64,000 nt of DNA, from assembly GCF_020745735.1 (NCBI RefSeq), contig NC_083409.1:20470098-20534097 (forward strand), given 5' to 3'. The notes beneath the pieces were generated by a model. That model did not search any database, was not told the DNA's origin, and saw only the letters and a list, made by a program, of their open reading frames with translations. Below are positions 22,860-35,015 of the stretch, piece by piece (the first letter of the stretch is position 1; every line of letters begins with the position of its first letter). Source of the DNA: Hemiscyllium ocellatum. Lineage: Eukaryota. Position numbers and translations under genes: made by a program.

Positions 22860-24060
22860 AGGTTCCCAAGGACTTTAAAATCATTAAAGTGACGCAGGGC
22901 TCAGGAGAGGTTAGTAAAGTTTCCAGAATAATTAATAGGACATAGATTATGGAAAGGGTCAGAAAATTAATTTTAGGCACAGTGCATAAGGGGACAACTA
23001 TGAAAAGGAGGGTAGTCAATGCAGGACTGAGGGTGTTGTACCTGAATTCAGGAAGTATCCGAAATGAGGTAAATGAGCTTGTAACACAGATTGGAATTGG
23101 CAGGTTTGATGTTTTGAGTATCACAGAGACCTGGCTGTAAGGGGTTGAGGACTGGGAATGAAATACTCAAGGATGCACATCCGATTGACAGGACATGCTG
23201 ATGGGTAGATGGGGGTGGGGTTACCTTCTTGGTAAGAAATGAAATGAGATCAATCACAAGAAGGGATTTAGAGTTGGAATGCATTCAATCTGTGTGGGTA
23301 GAGTTGAGGAGTTGCAAGGGAGAAAGAGCATGATGAGAACTTAGCACAGGACCCCCCAGCAGCAGTCAGGATATGAGGAAGAAAATAAATCAGGTGATAG
23401 AGAAGGCCCTGCTATAATAGTCATGAGGGACTTCAGTATGCAGGGAGACTGGAAAATTAAATTGTTTGGGGATCTCAAGGGTAGGAATTAATGGAATGCT
23501 TACGACATGGTTTTTAGAGCAGCTTGTGGCAGAGATCACTATGGAACAGGCAATTCTGGATTGGGTGATGTGTATTGAAGCAGACCTGATTAGGGAATTT
23601 AGGGTGAAGGAATCCCTTCGGGGCATTGACCGTAATATGACAGAATTCACCCTGCAGTTTGTGACAGAGAATCTGGAGTCAGTTGTACCGGTAATGCAAT
23701 TAACTTAAGGTAACTACAAAGACATGGGGGAGGAGCTGGCCAGAGCTGGTAAGAAAGGAAGCTGAGCATAAGAGAGAATGGAGCAGCAATGGTAGGAGTT
23801 TCTGGGGGTAATTTGGGAGGCAGAGCAGGAATTTAACCCAAGGAAGAAGAAAGGTACTGAGTGGAGGCCAGGGCAACCATGGCTGATGAGGGAAGTCAGG
23901 GTCAGCATAAAAGCAAAAGAAAAAACATGCAATGTGGTGAAGATTATTGGGAAGCCAGAGGATTGGGAAGCCTTTAAAAACAGCAGAGAGTAACTAAAAA
24001 AAAGGTAAGGATGGGTGTGTAAATAAAATATAAGGGTCAGCGAGTTAGTAACATAAAAGA
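22860..24060 (+). mobile_element. CR1 LINE ORF2 endonuclease fragment
   Basis: LRVLYLNSGSIRNEVNEL…DVLSITETWL; EQAILDWVMC. Confidence 0.85.
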
Positions 24061-24204
24061 GTATTGCAAGAGGTTTTCTTTAGATATATGAAAGGCAAGA
24101 GGGAGTCAATAATAGAAATTGTACCACTGGAAAAGGCAGAAGTAGTAATGGGGAACAAAGAAATGGTGGAAAATGTGCATCGGTGCCTTAAATCAGCTTT
24201 CACA

Positions 24205-24794
24205 GTGGTGTGGCAATGCTGCTCATTTCACAAGTTTGAGTTGTCCTTGGATTTTTTTTTCAAGAGGGGTTGTAAAGGCAGAGGTTCCAATTTGTCTGGG
24301 TTAGGGACTTTGCTCATGGCTAACAGGTACTGCCTAAGGCAACAGTCAGGGAAAAGGCTTTTAGGTTTTATATTAAACACTTGTCCAATAAAAGGAGAGT
24401 GGCCAGTTCTTCCAGTTTGCTGTTTTTGACAAACAGTTGGTTGGAAGCTCCTGGATAAAGAAAGCTGCTGGTGAGAAAGGTTCCCCAATTCAACATTTTC
24501 CAGTGGACTCACTGTCTGAAATTCCTCTCCTGTAAGAACCTTTTTGCCAAGGCTATTACAGCAAATTGGAACAACTCTTTGTCAAGTTACATTTTTTCGT
24601 AAGTTGGGTTTTCAAATAGTTAAATTATTCTAAATTCTGTTTTCTTTTGATTGTAAATAAATACTCTTTTCCTTCAAGCTGAGTGGTTTGGCCAGTTGTA
24701 TCATTCCTGGAATATCCAGGTTACATTTGCTTAACACAATTCGAAAAGGCTGCATTCTTAAAATGTTTAGAAGGGTCTGGCCTGGTCCATAACA
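24205..24794 (+). mobile_element. Probable solo/partial Gypsy LTR in the J-C intron
   Basis: Ends …ggcctggtccataACA with an internal AATAAA (~24656); no TSD found and the 5' edge is uncertain. Confidence 0.4.
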
Positions 24795-24795
24795 A

Positions 24796-27700
24796 TGTCA
24801 CAGAGTCCTACAGCATGGAGACAGGCCATTTGGACCAAACTGGTCCATGCCAACCAAAATGTCCATTTACGCTAATCCTACACTTGGCCCATATCCTTCT
24901 GAATCCTTTCCTTTGCTGTATTTGTCCAAATGCCTTTTAAATGTTATTAATGTACCCACCTCAACCACTTCCACTGGCAGCTCATTCCATATGCGAACAA
25001 TCCTATGTGTAAAAAGGTTGCTCCTCAGGTTCCCTTTTATTCTTTCCCCTCTAACCTTAAACTGATGCGCTCTAGCTCATATTCGCAAACCTTGGGGAAA
25101 AGACCGAGTGAATTCATCCTATCCATGCCTCTCATGATCTTATGAGGTCCTCCCTCAGTCTCCTACACTCTAAAGAAAAAAGTACTCTCCCTTTAACCCA
25201 AACAATTGAATCCTGGCAACATCCTTGCAAATTTCTTCTGCACTCTTTCCAGTTTAATAACATCCTTCCTGGAACAAGGTGACCAAAACTGAACACAATA
25301 TTCCAAGTGTGGCTTCACCAGTGTCCTGCATAACTGCAACATAACTTCCCAACATCTGTAGTCAATGCTTTGACTGATGAAGGGCACTGCAGAAAAAGCT
25401 CTCTTCTCTGCTCTATTCACTGTGACTCCATTTTCAGAGAACTGCTTATCTGAATTCTAAGGACCCTCTGTTCCACTATATTCCTTAAGGTCCTATCATT
25501 CACCATGAAACTCCTACCTTGCTTTCAATTTCCAAAATACAAGACCTCACATTTATCTGTATTAAACTCTATTTGTCATTTCTCGGCCCACTTCCCCAGC
25601 TGAGCAAGGTCCTGCTGCAATTTCTGATAACTGTCCGCACTGTCCACGATGCTGCTTATTTGAGTGTCATCAGCAAACTCACTAACCATGCCTTGTACAT
25701 TCTCATCCAAAACATTGTTATAGATAACAAACAGCAATGGGCTCAGCACTGACCACTGAGGCACTCCACTAGTCACAGGCCTCCAGTACAATAAGGATAC
25801 TTCCCCTATTACCCTGTGCTTTCTACCATCAAGCCAATCGTGTATTCAATTTGCCAGGTCACCTTGGATTCCATGCAATCTAACCTTCCATAAAGCCTAC
25901 CATATGGAACCTTATCAAAGGCCTCACTGAAATCCATATAGACCACGTCTACCATCCTGCCCTCATCAACCTTCCTGGTCAATTCATCAAAGTAACTTAA
26001 CAAATTTGTGAGGCATATTCTCCCACTCACAAAGTCATGCTGACAACTCCTAATCAAATTCACTCTTTCCAAATGCATGTGTATCTTATCTTATCAAACA
26101 ACTTACCCACCACAAATGTTAAGCTTATAATTCCCAGGCTTTTGTTTTTCAGCCCTTTTTGAACAATGGCACAGTCTTCGCTATCCTCCAGTCTTCTGGC
26201 ACCTCACCTGTGGCTAACCATGATGCTTAAATATCAGCCAGTACACCTGACCTTCAAGAGAGTTGGGAGCAGAAGTGAGTGGAAAGGGCATCACTAAGGT
26301 GGAGGGGTTGAGGCAGCTGAAAGGTCTGAAGGTGGATAAATCAGTCAGACCCGATGGACTACACTCCAGAGTTCTGGTGGAGATAGCTAAGGTAATTGTA
26401 GGGCCATTGGCTATGATCTTTCAGAAATCACTGGAGTCAGGAGTGGTCCCAGAAGACTGGAAAATAGTGAATGTAACATCCCTGTTTAAGAAAGGAGGGA
26501 GGCAGAGATGGGACATTATAAGCTGGTTAGCCTGACCTCGGTCATTGGTAAGATTTTAGAGGTCTACCTAAGGGTGAGATTGCAGGTATTTGGAATCTCA
26601 CCCTTAAAGCCTGGTAAAATTGCAACCTGGTAAAATTGGATTGACTCAGCACAGCTTCATCAAAGGGAGGCATGCCTGATAAATCTGTTAGAAATCTTTG
26701 AGGAGGTAACAAGTGAGTTAGACAAAGGAGAGCCAGTGGATGTGATTCATTTGGATTTCCACCAGGCCTTTGACAGGGTACAATAAAGGAGACTGCTAAG
26801 TCAAATAAGAGCCCATGCTGTCAGGGGCAAGGCACTGCGATGTGTAGAGGATTGGCTGGCTGGCACAAAGACGAGAGTAGGGACAAAGGGATTTTTTTCT
26901 GGATGGCAGTTGGTGCTTTGTGGCGATCCGCAGGGATCAGTGGTGGGACCACAACTATTCACATTATCCATTAACAATCTGGATAAGGAACTGAAGATAT
27001 TGTTCATATGTTTGTAGATGACACAAAAATTGGTGAAAGGACAGGTGGAGTTGAGGAAGTGGGGGAGATTGCAGAAGGACTTGGTCAGGCTGGGGGAATG
27101 TGCAAAGAAGTGGCAGGTGGAGTACAATGCGGGGACTTGGGAGGCTAGATACTTTGGTGGGAAGAATAGGGGCACAGACTGTTTTCTAAGTGAGGAAAGA
27201 TTTCAGAAATCTGAAGCACAAAAGTCCTTGCTCAGGTTTCTCTGAAGGTTAACGTGCAGGTTCACCATTGGCTGTTTGAAAGGCAGTTACAATGTTAGCA
27301 TTAACTTTAACGTCAGAGGTGTACTGCTGAGTTTGTATAAGTCTGTCATCAGACCACATTTGGAATTGTGGTCTCCTTATTAAGGAAGGATGTGCTGTCA
27401 TTGGAGAGGGTCCAGAGGAAAAAGAGAGAAAGAATAAGAATGATCCTGGGAATGAAGGGGGTGTCATATAAAGAGTGGTTGAGGATTCTGGATCTGTATA
27501 CAATTGTGTTTAGAAAGATGATGGGGGAATCTTATTGAAACTACAGAATATTGAGAGGCCTGGAGAACATGGAGAAGGTGTTCCCACGAATAGAAGAAAC
27601 TCGGGCCCGAAGGCACAGCCTCAGAGTGAAGAATGATCTGTCAGAACTGAGATAAGGAGGCATTTCTTCAGCCACAGGGTGGTGAATCTGTGGAACTCAT

Positions 27701-27870
27701 TGTCACAGAGGTCTATGGATGCCCCGGTGTTGAGAGTATTTAAAACAGAGACAGATAGGTTCTTAATCAGTAAGGAGATCAAAAGTTAAGAGGAGAATGG
27801 GGTTGAGAAACACATCACATAAGATCAAATGGCAGAGCAGACTCTCTTCTGACTGGCCCAATTCTGCTCC
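24796..27870. mobile_element. Back-to-back CR1 RT/3' fragments (24796-~26200 minus; ~26210-27870 plus)
   Basis: QHDFVSGRICLTNLL…VDVVYMDFSEAFDKVP; SGVPQWSVL…FADDTQ; GPDGLHSRVL…VPEDWKIVNV. Confidence 0.85.
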
Positions 27871-27929
27871 TATATCTTAAGTATTTTGGGTTTATGTAGA
27901 GGTTCCTTGAAACCCTGGAAAACTGGAAG

Positions 27930-28270
27930 TACAGTCACTTAGTGGTTTGCCCTGCTGCCTCACAGCGCTATGGACCCAGGTTTGATTCTAGCCTCGGGTG
28001 TCTGTCTGTGTGGAGTTTGCATGTTCTCCCTGTGCCTGTGTGGGTTTCCTCCGGGTGCTCTGGTTTCCTCCCACAGTCCAAAGCTGTGCAGGTTCGGTGA
28101 ATTGGCCATGCTAAATTGCCCATAGTGCAGGTTAGGTACATTAGTCAGGAGTAAATGTAGGTTAAAAAGGTAGGGGAATGGGTCTGGGTGGGTTACTGTT
28201 CGGAGGGTCAGTGTGGATTTGTTGGACCAAATGGCCTGTTTCCATACTGTAGGAATTATGTGATTCTATG
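27930..28270 (+). mobile_element. HE1-like SINE in the J-C intron
   Basis: tgctgcctcacagcgc…gtgtggagtttgcatgttctccc…ggcctgtttccatactgtagg tail. Confidence 0.85.
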
Positions 28271-28399
28271 GACATTGAAAATACTGGATTGTGGGCCCTG
28301 CTGTTGCTGTTTCTCAAAAGTACTTTGACAAAAGATAACCAGGGAGTGGTGAGAGTGAGCATCAGGTTGCATGAGGGAACTGCTTGTCCTGCTTCCTGG

Positions 28400-30010
28400 A
28401 ATACCATGAGTACAGGAAGTGTGGTCAGTGACAGCAGTTGGAACTCCAGGTTTCGGAGCTTGAGCAGCAGCTGGTGTCAGTGCGGAGCGTCCGTGAGGCT
28501 GAGAGCTCCGTGGAGAGCATGTTTCTAGATGTGGTCACTCTGCAGCTTCAGAGTATGCAGGGAGAGAGGGAATGGGGGAGCAGCAGACAGTCCAAAAGGA
28601 TCAGGCAGCTGATCCCGTGAGTGCATCCCACTCTCCAACCTGGATTCAGTTCAGAATCCTGATGAGAATGATGGTTCATCTGGGGAGTGCAGCCAGAGCC
28701 AAGTCCCTGGCATCACGGGGGTTCAGCTGTACAGGGGGGCACAAGAAAGACTGGAAGAGCGATAGTGAGAGGAGATTCGAGAGTGAGGGCATCGATAGGT
28801 GTTTCTGCCGCTGCAGATGGGAATCCAGGATGGTGTGTTGTCTCCCTGGTGCCAGGGTCAAGGCTGTCACTGAGCAGCTGCAGAGCATCCTGAGTGGAGA
28901 GGGGGAACAGGCAGCAGTGGTGGTCCACATCGGTCCCAGTGACAGAGGGAGAAAAGAGATGTAGTCCTGCAGTCAGAATTTAGGGAGTTCCAGAGGGAAT
29001 TAGCAGCAGGAGCTCAAAAGTAGGAATTTCCAAGATTACCCCCAGTGCCCCACGCAAGTGAGAATAGAAAGAGGACTGTGGAACTGAAAAGACAGTCCAG
29101 GAGGAAGGTCTTTCGATTATTTTAACATTGGGACTGGCTTTGGGGGGAGATGGACATGTACAGACCAGACGGGTTGCTCCTGAACAGACCTGGGACTGAG
29201 TTCCTTTGGGGTGATTTACTCGAGCTGTTGGAGGGGGTTTAAACTTTCTTGGCTGGCCTGTGGGATCCAGGAGCTAATACCAGAGAGGAACACAGAGGTG
29301 CACAGAATCCTGGGAGAGATAGATAGCACCCAGAATAAGGAATAGAACTTCTTACCCAGTTTCAGTGTGAGGGAGAGAGAGTAATAAATTCTAAATCAAG
29401 GTCACTGTGTAAGGGTGGGACTGCACGGAGTGTTGGAAATAAGACTGGGAAGGTACAGCCACAGAGTGTTAAGTGGAAATCTGATGTGTGTCTCTCACAT
29501 AGGAACATAAGATAATAAGAACATTAGAAATAGGAGCAGGAGTGGGCTATCTGACCCATCAAGGATGAGGGACAAGAGTTATGAAGATAGACTGAAGACG
29601 TTGGGACTGTTTACCTCAGAGAAGAGAAGGCAGAGAGGAGATTTGATCAAGAAATTCAAAATCAGGAGGGATCTGAACAGAGTAATCCAGGAGAAAATGT
29701 TCCCACCTGAGAAAGATTTGAGAGAGAGAGGCCATGGATTGAAAGTAATTGGTAAAAGAAGCAAAAGTGAGATGAGGGAAAAACATTTTCAGCCAGTGGG
29801 TGGTTAAGGTGTGGAATGCACTGCCTGAGAGTGTGGTGGAGGCAGCTTCAATTGAAACATTCCGAAGGGAATGAGACTGTTATTTAAAAAGGAACAATGT
29901 GCAGGGTGACAGGGAGAAGGCAGGAGAATGACACTCAGTGAATTGATCATTCGGAGAGCCAGTTGAGACAGGATGGGCGGAACGGCCTCTGTATGCACTG
30001 TAACAACTCT
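28400..30010 (+). mobile_element. CR1 ORF1 (esterase domain) fragment followed by CR1 3' fragment
   Basis: MELQVSELEQQL coiled coil; VCCLPGARVK…VVVHIG SGNH-esterase motif; RQRGDLI…RGHGLK 3' region. Confidence 0.8.
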
Positions 30011-30458
30011 GTGATTGTGTGATTGAGCAGAGTTAAAGCTGGGGGAGGTGGGAACTCGGTGTCTCACTGTGCTGCTGCTGCTGCTGCTGAGGTCAGTGAG
30101 ATCAGAGACTGGGACAGGGAGCCAGAGCTCACATCAAACTCTGCCTGTGTCCGTCACACTGAGACTGGCAGGAGGCTGCTCACTGATTTCACTCCATGCT
30201 GCAGGAATGGGACCACAGGCTGCAAATGGACAGAGCTCCTCCACACAGTGAGTAAAACTTACTGACTTTCATCTTGCTGCTTAAAGGGGGCAATAGGACG
30301 ACAGAAATACAGCTGGGCATCCTGTCAGACACAGTGCTCCTCAATCAACTATTTCATTCACTGCAGCTCCCCACTAACACCTTCAACAATTCAGCATTTG
30401 TGATTTAGAAAGTTTCAGTATTGACAGGGTTAATAACGGAGGATTGAGGTTTACTTAC

Positions 30459-30493
30459 TCAGTCTGAGTTTGGTTCCTTTACCGAACGTGTAC
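30459..30493 (-). CDS. IGKJ: Ig kappa J segment (YTFGKGTKLRL)
   Basis: FGxG motif directly after the heptamer; GTAAGT donor at 30458-30453 in phase 1, compatible with the C exon. Confidence 0.97.
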
Positions 30494-30532
30494 CACAGTG
30501 AGAGCTCCCAGTGTAGAGGCTGTACAAAAACC
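30494..30532 (+). other. J recombination signal sequence, 23-bp spacer (CACAGTG-23-ACAAAAACC)
   Basis: Perfect heptamer 30494-30500, 23 nt spacer 30501-30523, perfect nonamer 30524-30532; faces the V RSS, so joining is deletional. Confidence 0.98.
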
Positions 30533-30939
30533 TCAGCTCTCTGCTTCCCTCCATCACTCTCACCCTCTCCCTGTCTCCCAGTCTGTCGATCACTCTCACC
30601 CTCTTTTTGCCCCTATCAGTCTCTCCCTCATTCATGTGTCTTTCTGTCTCTGCCTCTGGGTTGTGAACTTTATTTTTTGTTGTTAAATCATGCAGATGTT
30701 CTTCACATGTGGCCATGCAGTGGAAGAGGGAAACCTGAGGCCTCCAGTGAGCGGTGGACACCACAGGGACTGGAGTGTGTCGTGGACAGTGACAATCCCA
30801 GCATGGGGTAATTTGTTCAGTTTCATTTAACTATAACTGTGGGATATGGCAGTTCAGGCAGTGGGACTGTGTGTCCATTATCATGCACTTTTTAAAACCG
30901 TGTGTGTGTCAGTACAGGAGGTGATTCTGTGTGCTTTGA

Positions 30940-30967
30940 GGTTTTTGTATGGCTCTGTATCATTGTG
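30940..30967 (-). other. V recombination signal sequence, 12-bp spacer (CACAATG-atacagagccat-ACAAAAACC)
   Basis: Heptamer variant CACAATG at 30967-30961, exactly 12 nt spacer, perfect nonamer at 30948-30940. V-12/J-23 is the kappa configuration. Confidence 0.97.
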
Positions 30968-31266
30968 GCGAGGGTTGCTGTAATCTTGCATACAGTAATA
31001 GTCAGCGACATCCTCATTCTGAACGTTGCTGATTGTCAGGGTGAAACTGGTTCCTGATCCACTGCCAGTGAATCGATCGGAGACTCCTGTGAATCGATTT
31101 GTTGCAGCATAGATCAGGAGAGAGGGTTTCTGACCTTCCCGCTGCTGGTACCAGCTAACATAGTTGCTCACAGATTGACTGGCCGTACAGGTGATGGTTG
31201 CAGTCTGGCCCAGTCCCACTGAGAGCACCGGGGGAGACTGAGTCATGATGATGTCCCCACTGATAC
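30968..31266 (-). CDS. IGKV: Ig kappa V exon, germline, open ([100 protein letters not shown])
   Basis: Pyrimidine tract and CAG acceptor at 31267-31269; conserved Cys23, Trp41 (WYQQ) and DYYC; kappa-type CDR3 ending in Pro; no stops; RSS immediately follows. Confidence 0.98.
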
Positions 31267-31452
31267 CTGAGGGGTCAGAGAGAAACACAGTGAAGTCAGA
31301 ACTGTCACAGAAAGAGACGGTCAAATGAGAGATTGTTGGAGACACTGAGCATTCCTCTGGTTTCAGCATTTTCCCTTCAGTCACAAGTCAGTGGAATTGG
31401 AGTGAAATGGAGAGCAGCGAAAGATTCAAGGTGGAAGGAGAGAGATTTGTAC

Positions 31453-31501
31453 CTGTGACACAGAATGCCAGGGGCCAGATCAGCTGGATGTGTGAAATCA
31501 T
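31453..31501 (-). CDS. IGKV: Ig kappa light chain leader exon (MISHIQLIWPLAFCVT-G)
   Basis: ATG at 31501, 49 nt (16 codons + 1), hydrophobic peptide, GT donor (GTACAA) at 31452; the phase-1 splice restores Gly with the V exon. Confidence 0.92.
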
Positions 31502-31560
31502 GGTGTGTGCTCCTGTCCCTGTGCCTGGTTCCTGATAAACTCTCCCTTCACTGGGCTCTG

Positions 31561-31658
31561 CTTTATAAAGCTGCAGCCTGTGAGAGTCTGACTGGGTGTT
31601 CCTCAGTATGTAAATGGCATCAGTCAGGGAGGGCCACGTCAGCCCCTCGCACTTCCTC
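31561..31658 (-). promoter_or_regulatory. V-kappa promoter: TATA box, variant octamer, PU box
   Basis: TATAAAG ~60 nt above the ATG (31561-31568), ATTTACAT at 31615-31608 where Ig V promoters carry ATTTGCAT, TGACGTGG (CRE-like) ~31634-31641, GAGGAAGTG at 31658-31650. Confidence 0.7.
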
Positions 31659-32629
31659 TTCTCTCTCTCTCTTTGTCTCAGAGAGTGATTGATGTGAACA
31701 GCACTGAATGAGGCCATTTGGCCCATTGTGTCTGTGCTGGTAAACAAAGATCTGATGACAGTAACCCCATCTTCCAGCTCTTGGCCCGTTGCTCTGGAGG
31801 CTACAGCAACACAAGGGAATATCTAAACACTGCTCCAATGTCACGAGAGTTTGTGACTCAACCAGCCTTCCAGGCAGTGAGTTCCAGACTCCCACCACCC
31901 TCTGGGTGAAAACATTTCTCCTCAATTCTCCTCTCACTCTGCAACTCAACTGGGCCTGGATTCACTCGAGTTTAGAAGGATGAGACGGGATCTGATTGAA
32001 ACATATAAAATTCTAACAGGGATGGGCACGGAGGAGGTTCCCCTGGTTGGGGAATCTGGAACTAGGGGACACAGTCTCAGGGAGATACGGGGTAGACCAT
32101 CTAGGACCGAGATGAGGAAACATTTCTACACTCAGAGGATGGTCAACCTGATGAATTCTCTACCACAAATGGCTGTGGAGAACAAAGAACTGAATATATT
32201 CAAGAAAAAAAGAGAGTTGTTTTGCATTTTAACAGCATGAAGGAAATGGGGAGAAAGCAGCAACACAGCATTGAGAGAGAGGATCAGCCATGATCATACT
32301 GAATGACACACAAGACTCAAAGGGCCAAATGGCCTGCTCCTGCTCCAAATTTCAATGTGTCCATGTCTGTGTTACCTTCAATCTCTGTCCCTGGTTATTG
32401 AGTCCTTTACTCTTGTATAAAGTGCCTTCCTATGCAACACATCACTGCCAACAATTATCTTATACCTCTCTATCAGGTCCCTCTCAACCTTCAATGCTCC
32501 AAGGAAAACAGCCCCAACCTTTCCAATCTTTCGTCATAGCTGACCCTCCATCTCAGGGAGCATCCTGGGAAATCTCCTCTGCCCCCTCTCAAGTACAATC
32601 ACATCCTTCCCAGAATGTGGTGACCAGGA

Positions 32630-33010
32630 CTTCTCTCTCTCTCTCTTCCCCTTTCTGTCTCACATCTGCTACTTTGATCTCTCTACATCTATCTCTCTCT
32701 CCCACTGTTAATCTCTCTCATATTCCCTCTCTCTCACTCTGTCTCATAGCCACTGTCTCCAACTCACTCATGCTTCCTCACTCCATCTCATAATCTTTCC
32801 CCATCTCTCACTGTCTTCGTCATTCGCTCCATCTCTCACTTCAATTGAAAGCCTCCAAATGTTATCTACCCCTCTCTATTTCTCCGGCCGTCTCTCCCTC
32901 CTTCTCCGCATCCCACTTGACCTCTATTTCTCTCTCTCTGTCTCGCTTCTCTCTCTTTCTCACAGTGTCCCAGGTGGTGACAGTTGAATCCAGGATAAAT
33001 CTCTCTCTGC
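32630..33010. repeat. CT-rich low-complexity/microsatellite tract
   Basis: Interrupted (CT)n; similar tracts at 30540-30660 (between V and J) and (GA)n at 56900-57090. Confidence 0.8.
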
Positions 33011-33439
33011 TCTACCCCACTAATGGATGTTAACCCTTGACCCCAGAAGCATGTCTTCTCCTGGAGTAAAGGTACATTTCCACATTGACCAGGTTTTGGT
33101 ATCTCTCAGGAAGATGGACAGATTCTTGTTAAATGAAGGACAGTTCTGTGCTGTTGGCCTATTCTCACTGGGGACTGGTTTGGACACAAACCTCATTCCA
33201 TGAAGGCCCAGCAGAGAGAGGAGATCCTCAGGCCATCAGTGTGAGCTGGAGGGACAGCACAGGCTCTGACCCACTGACCCATCCTGTCCATTCACAACAT
33301 GTTCCAATCCCTTCCCCTTTCCTTCCCCTTCCGTGATCAGTTTCTGAGTCAGGGTGTTTTATTTGGATGACGCTTGGACCATCACACATTTACAACAGAA
33401 AGGAACTGAACCCCACACCCACCATGGTGTCCATGATGC

Positions 33440-35015
33440 ACTGGACTCTCCAACAGAGTCCAGTAAACATGGATGTCAGTTCACGAGAGTGCCCCATGGA
33501 GAGACATGGGCCTCCTTTCCACTGAAGTTCCCAATAGAGACCAGTAAACATGGGCATTGTTCCTGCTTGAGCCTCCAATAAAGACCAGGAAATGTTGGCC
33601 TCCTTCCTAATGGACTCTCCAAAGGAAACCAGTAAACATGGACCTCCTTCTGACTGGATACTCCAAGAAGACCAGTAAATGTGGGCCTCCTATTCACTTG
33701 TCCTTCTAATGGAGACAAGTGGATAGTTGAGTTTTTGAAGAAATAGATAGCTTAAGATAGATCAGTACACATCATCGACATGGACTTTAGCAAGGTCTTA
33801 GACAAGGTTCCCTATTGTAGACTGCTTAGTAAGATTATATCACAGAGGATCCAGGTAGAGCTAACCAATTGGATATAAAATTGGCCTGATGATAGGAGGC
33901 AGAGGCTGGTGAGAGAGTGTTGTTCTTCAGACTGGAGGCCAGTGACTAGCTGTCTGCCACAAGAATCGATCCTGGATCACTGTTGTTCATCAATTTATGA
34001 GAAAATACCAGGAATGGTCAGTAAGTTTGTGGCTGACATTAAAATTGTTGGCATCGTGGACAGGGAAGAAGGTTATCTAAGAATGCAATGTCATCTTCAT
34101 CAACTGGGCCAGTGGGTCAACAAATCCAGATGGAACTTAATTTCGATAAATGCAAGGAGTTGCATTTTGGTAAGACCAACCAGGGCAGGAATTACACAAC
34201 TAATGGTAGAGCTATGGGGAGTGTTGTTGAACAGAGAGACTGAGGGGTACAAGTGCATAGTTCCTTGAAAGTGGTGTCACAGGTAGACAGGATGGTGAAG
34301 AAGGTATTTGGCACGCTCACCTTCACTGGTCAAAGCAGGGAGTACAGGAGCTGGAACATCATGTTACAGCTGTACAAGGCATTGGTAAGGCCACATTTGG
34401 ACACTGTGTGCATTCCTGCTCACCCTGCTATAGGAAGGAAGTTATTACACTGGTTTGGATAAAAGGGATGTTACCAAGGTTGGTGAGTTTGAATTACAAG
34501 GCGAGGATGGATAGGCCGAGAGATTTTTCCAGTGAATGCAGGAGATTGAGGGGTGACCTTAGACAGGTTTATAGAATCATTAGGGCCATAGATAAGGTGA
34601 ATAGCCAAAGTTTTTTTTTCCCCCAGGGTAGGAGAGTCCAGTATGAGAAGGAATAGATTTAAGTTGAGAGGAGAAAGAATTAGAAGGGGCCTGAGAGACA
34701 AACTTTTCACACAGAGGTTGGTGTGTATGTGCAATGAGATGCCAGAGGAAGTGGTCGAGGGGAGTACAATTACTAGATTTCAAGGACATTTTTACAGGAA
34801 CATGGATAGGAAGGATTCAGAGGGGATTGGGCCAAACACATGCAGATGGGACTAGTTCAGTTTTGGAAACTTGGTCGGCATGGATGAGTTGAGCTGAAGG
34901 GCCTGATCCCACGCTGTAAACCTCTATGACTCTATGATGATGTAAATATGGGGCACCTTCCCATAGGACCAACAAACAGTAAACATTGGCCTCCTTCCCA
35001 CCGGACTGTCCAGTA
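33440..35015. repeat. Degenerate ~41-45 bp minisatellite (33440-33715, resuming 34940-35015 after the CR1 insertion)
   Basis: Unit approximately ccagtaaacatgggcctccttcccactggactctccaatagaga; starts at 33460, ~33500, 33541, ~33585, 33629, 33672, ~34940 and ~34977. Confidence 0.75.
33715..34940 (+). mobile_element. CR1 RT/3' fragment splitting a minisatellite
   Basis: SDWRPVTS…SKFVADIKI; LVRPHL; tail ctctatgactctatga at ~34922-34938. Confidence 0.85.

Noticed and set aside
27930-28010. tRNA-like sequences as tRNA genes (also 10740-10800, 19335, 57894)
   Set aside because: A/B-box heads run directly into SINE bodies; no cloverleaf.
30048-30251. Signal-peptide-like ORF (MGTRCLTVLLLLLL) antisense in the J-C intron
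   Set aside because: Starts at GTG, the leucine run is just a (CTG)n repeat, and no downstream exon was found.
30244-30280. Isolated CACAGTG heptamers (30244, also 18737, 24201, 31287, 36554-, 61792 and SINE heads)
   Set aside because: No nonamer at 12 or 23 nt; no second J or V segment was found.
33440-33715. Repeat array as CRISPR-like
   Set aside because: Eukaryotic context, degenerate contiguous units with no unique spacers, and no cas genes.
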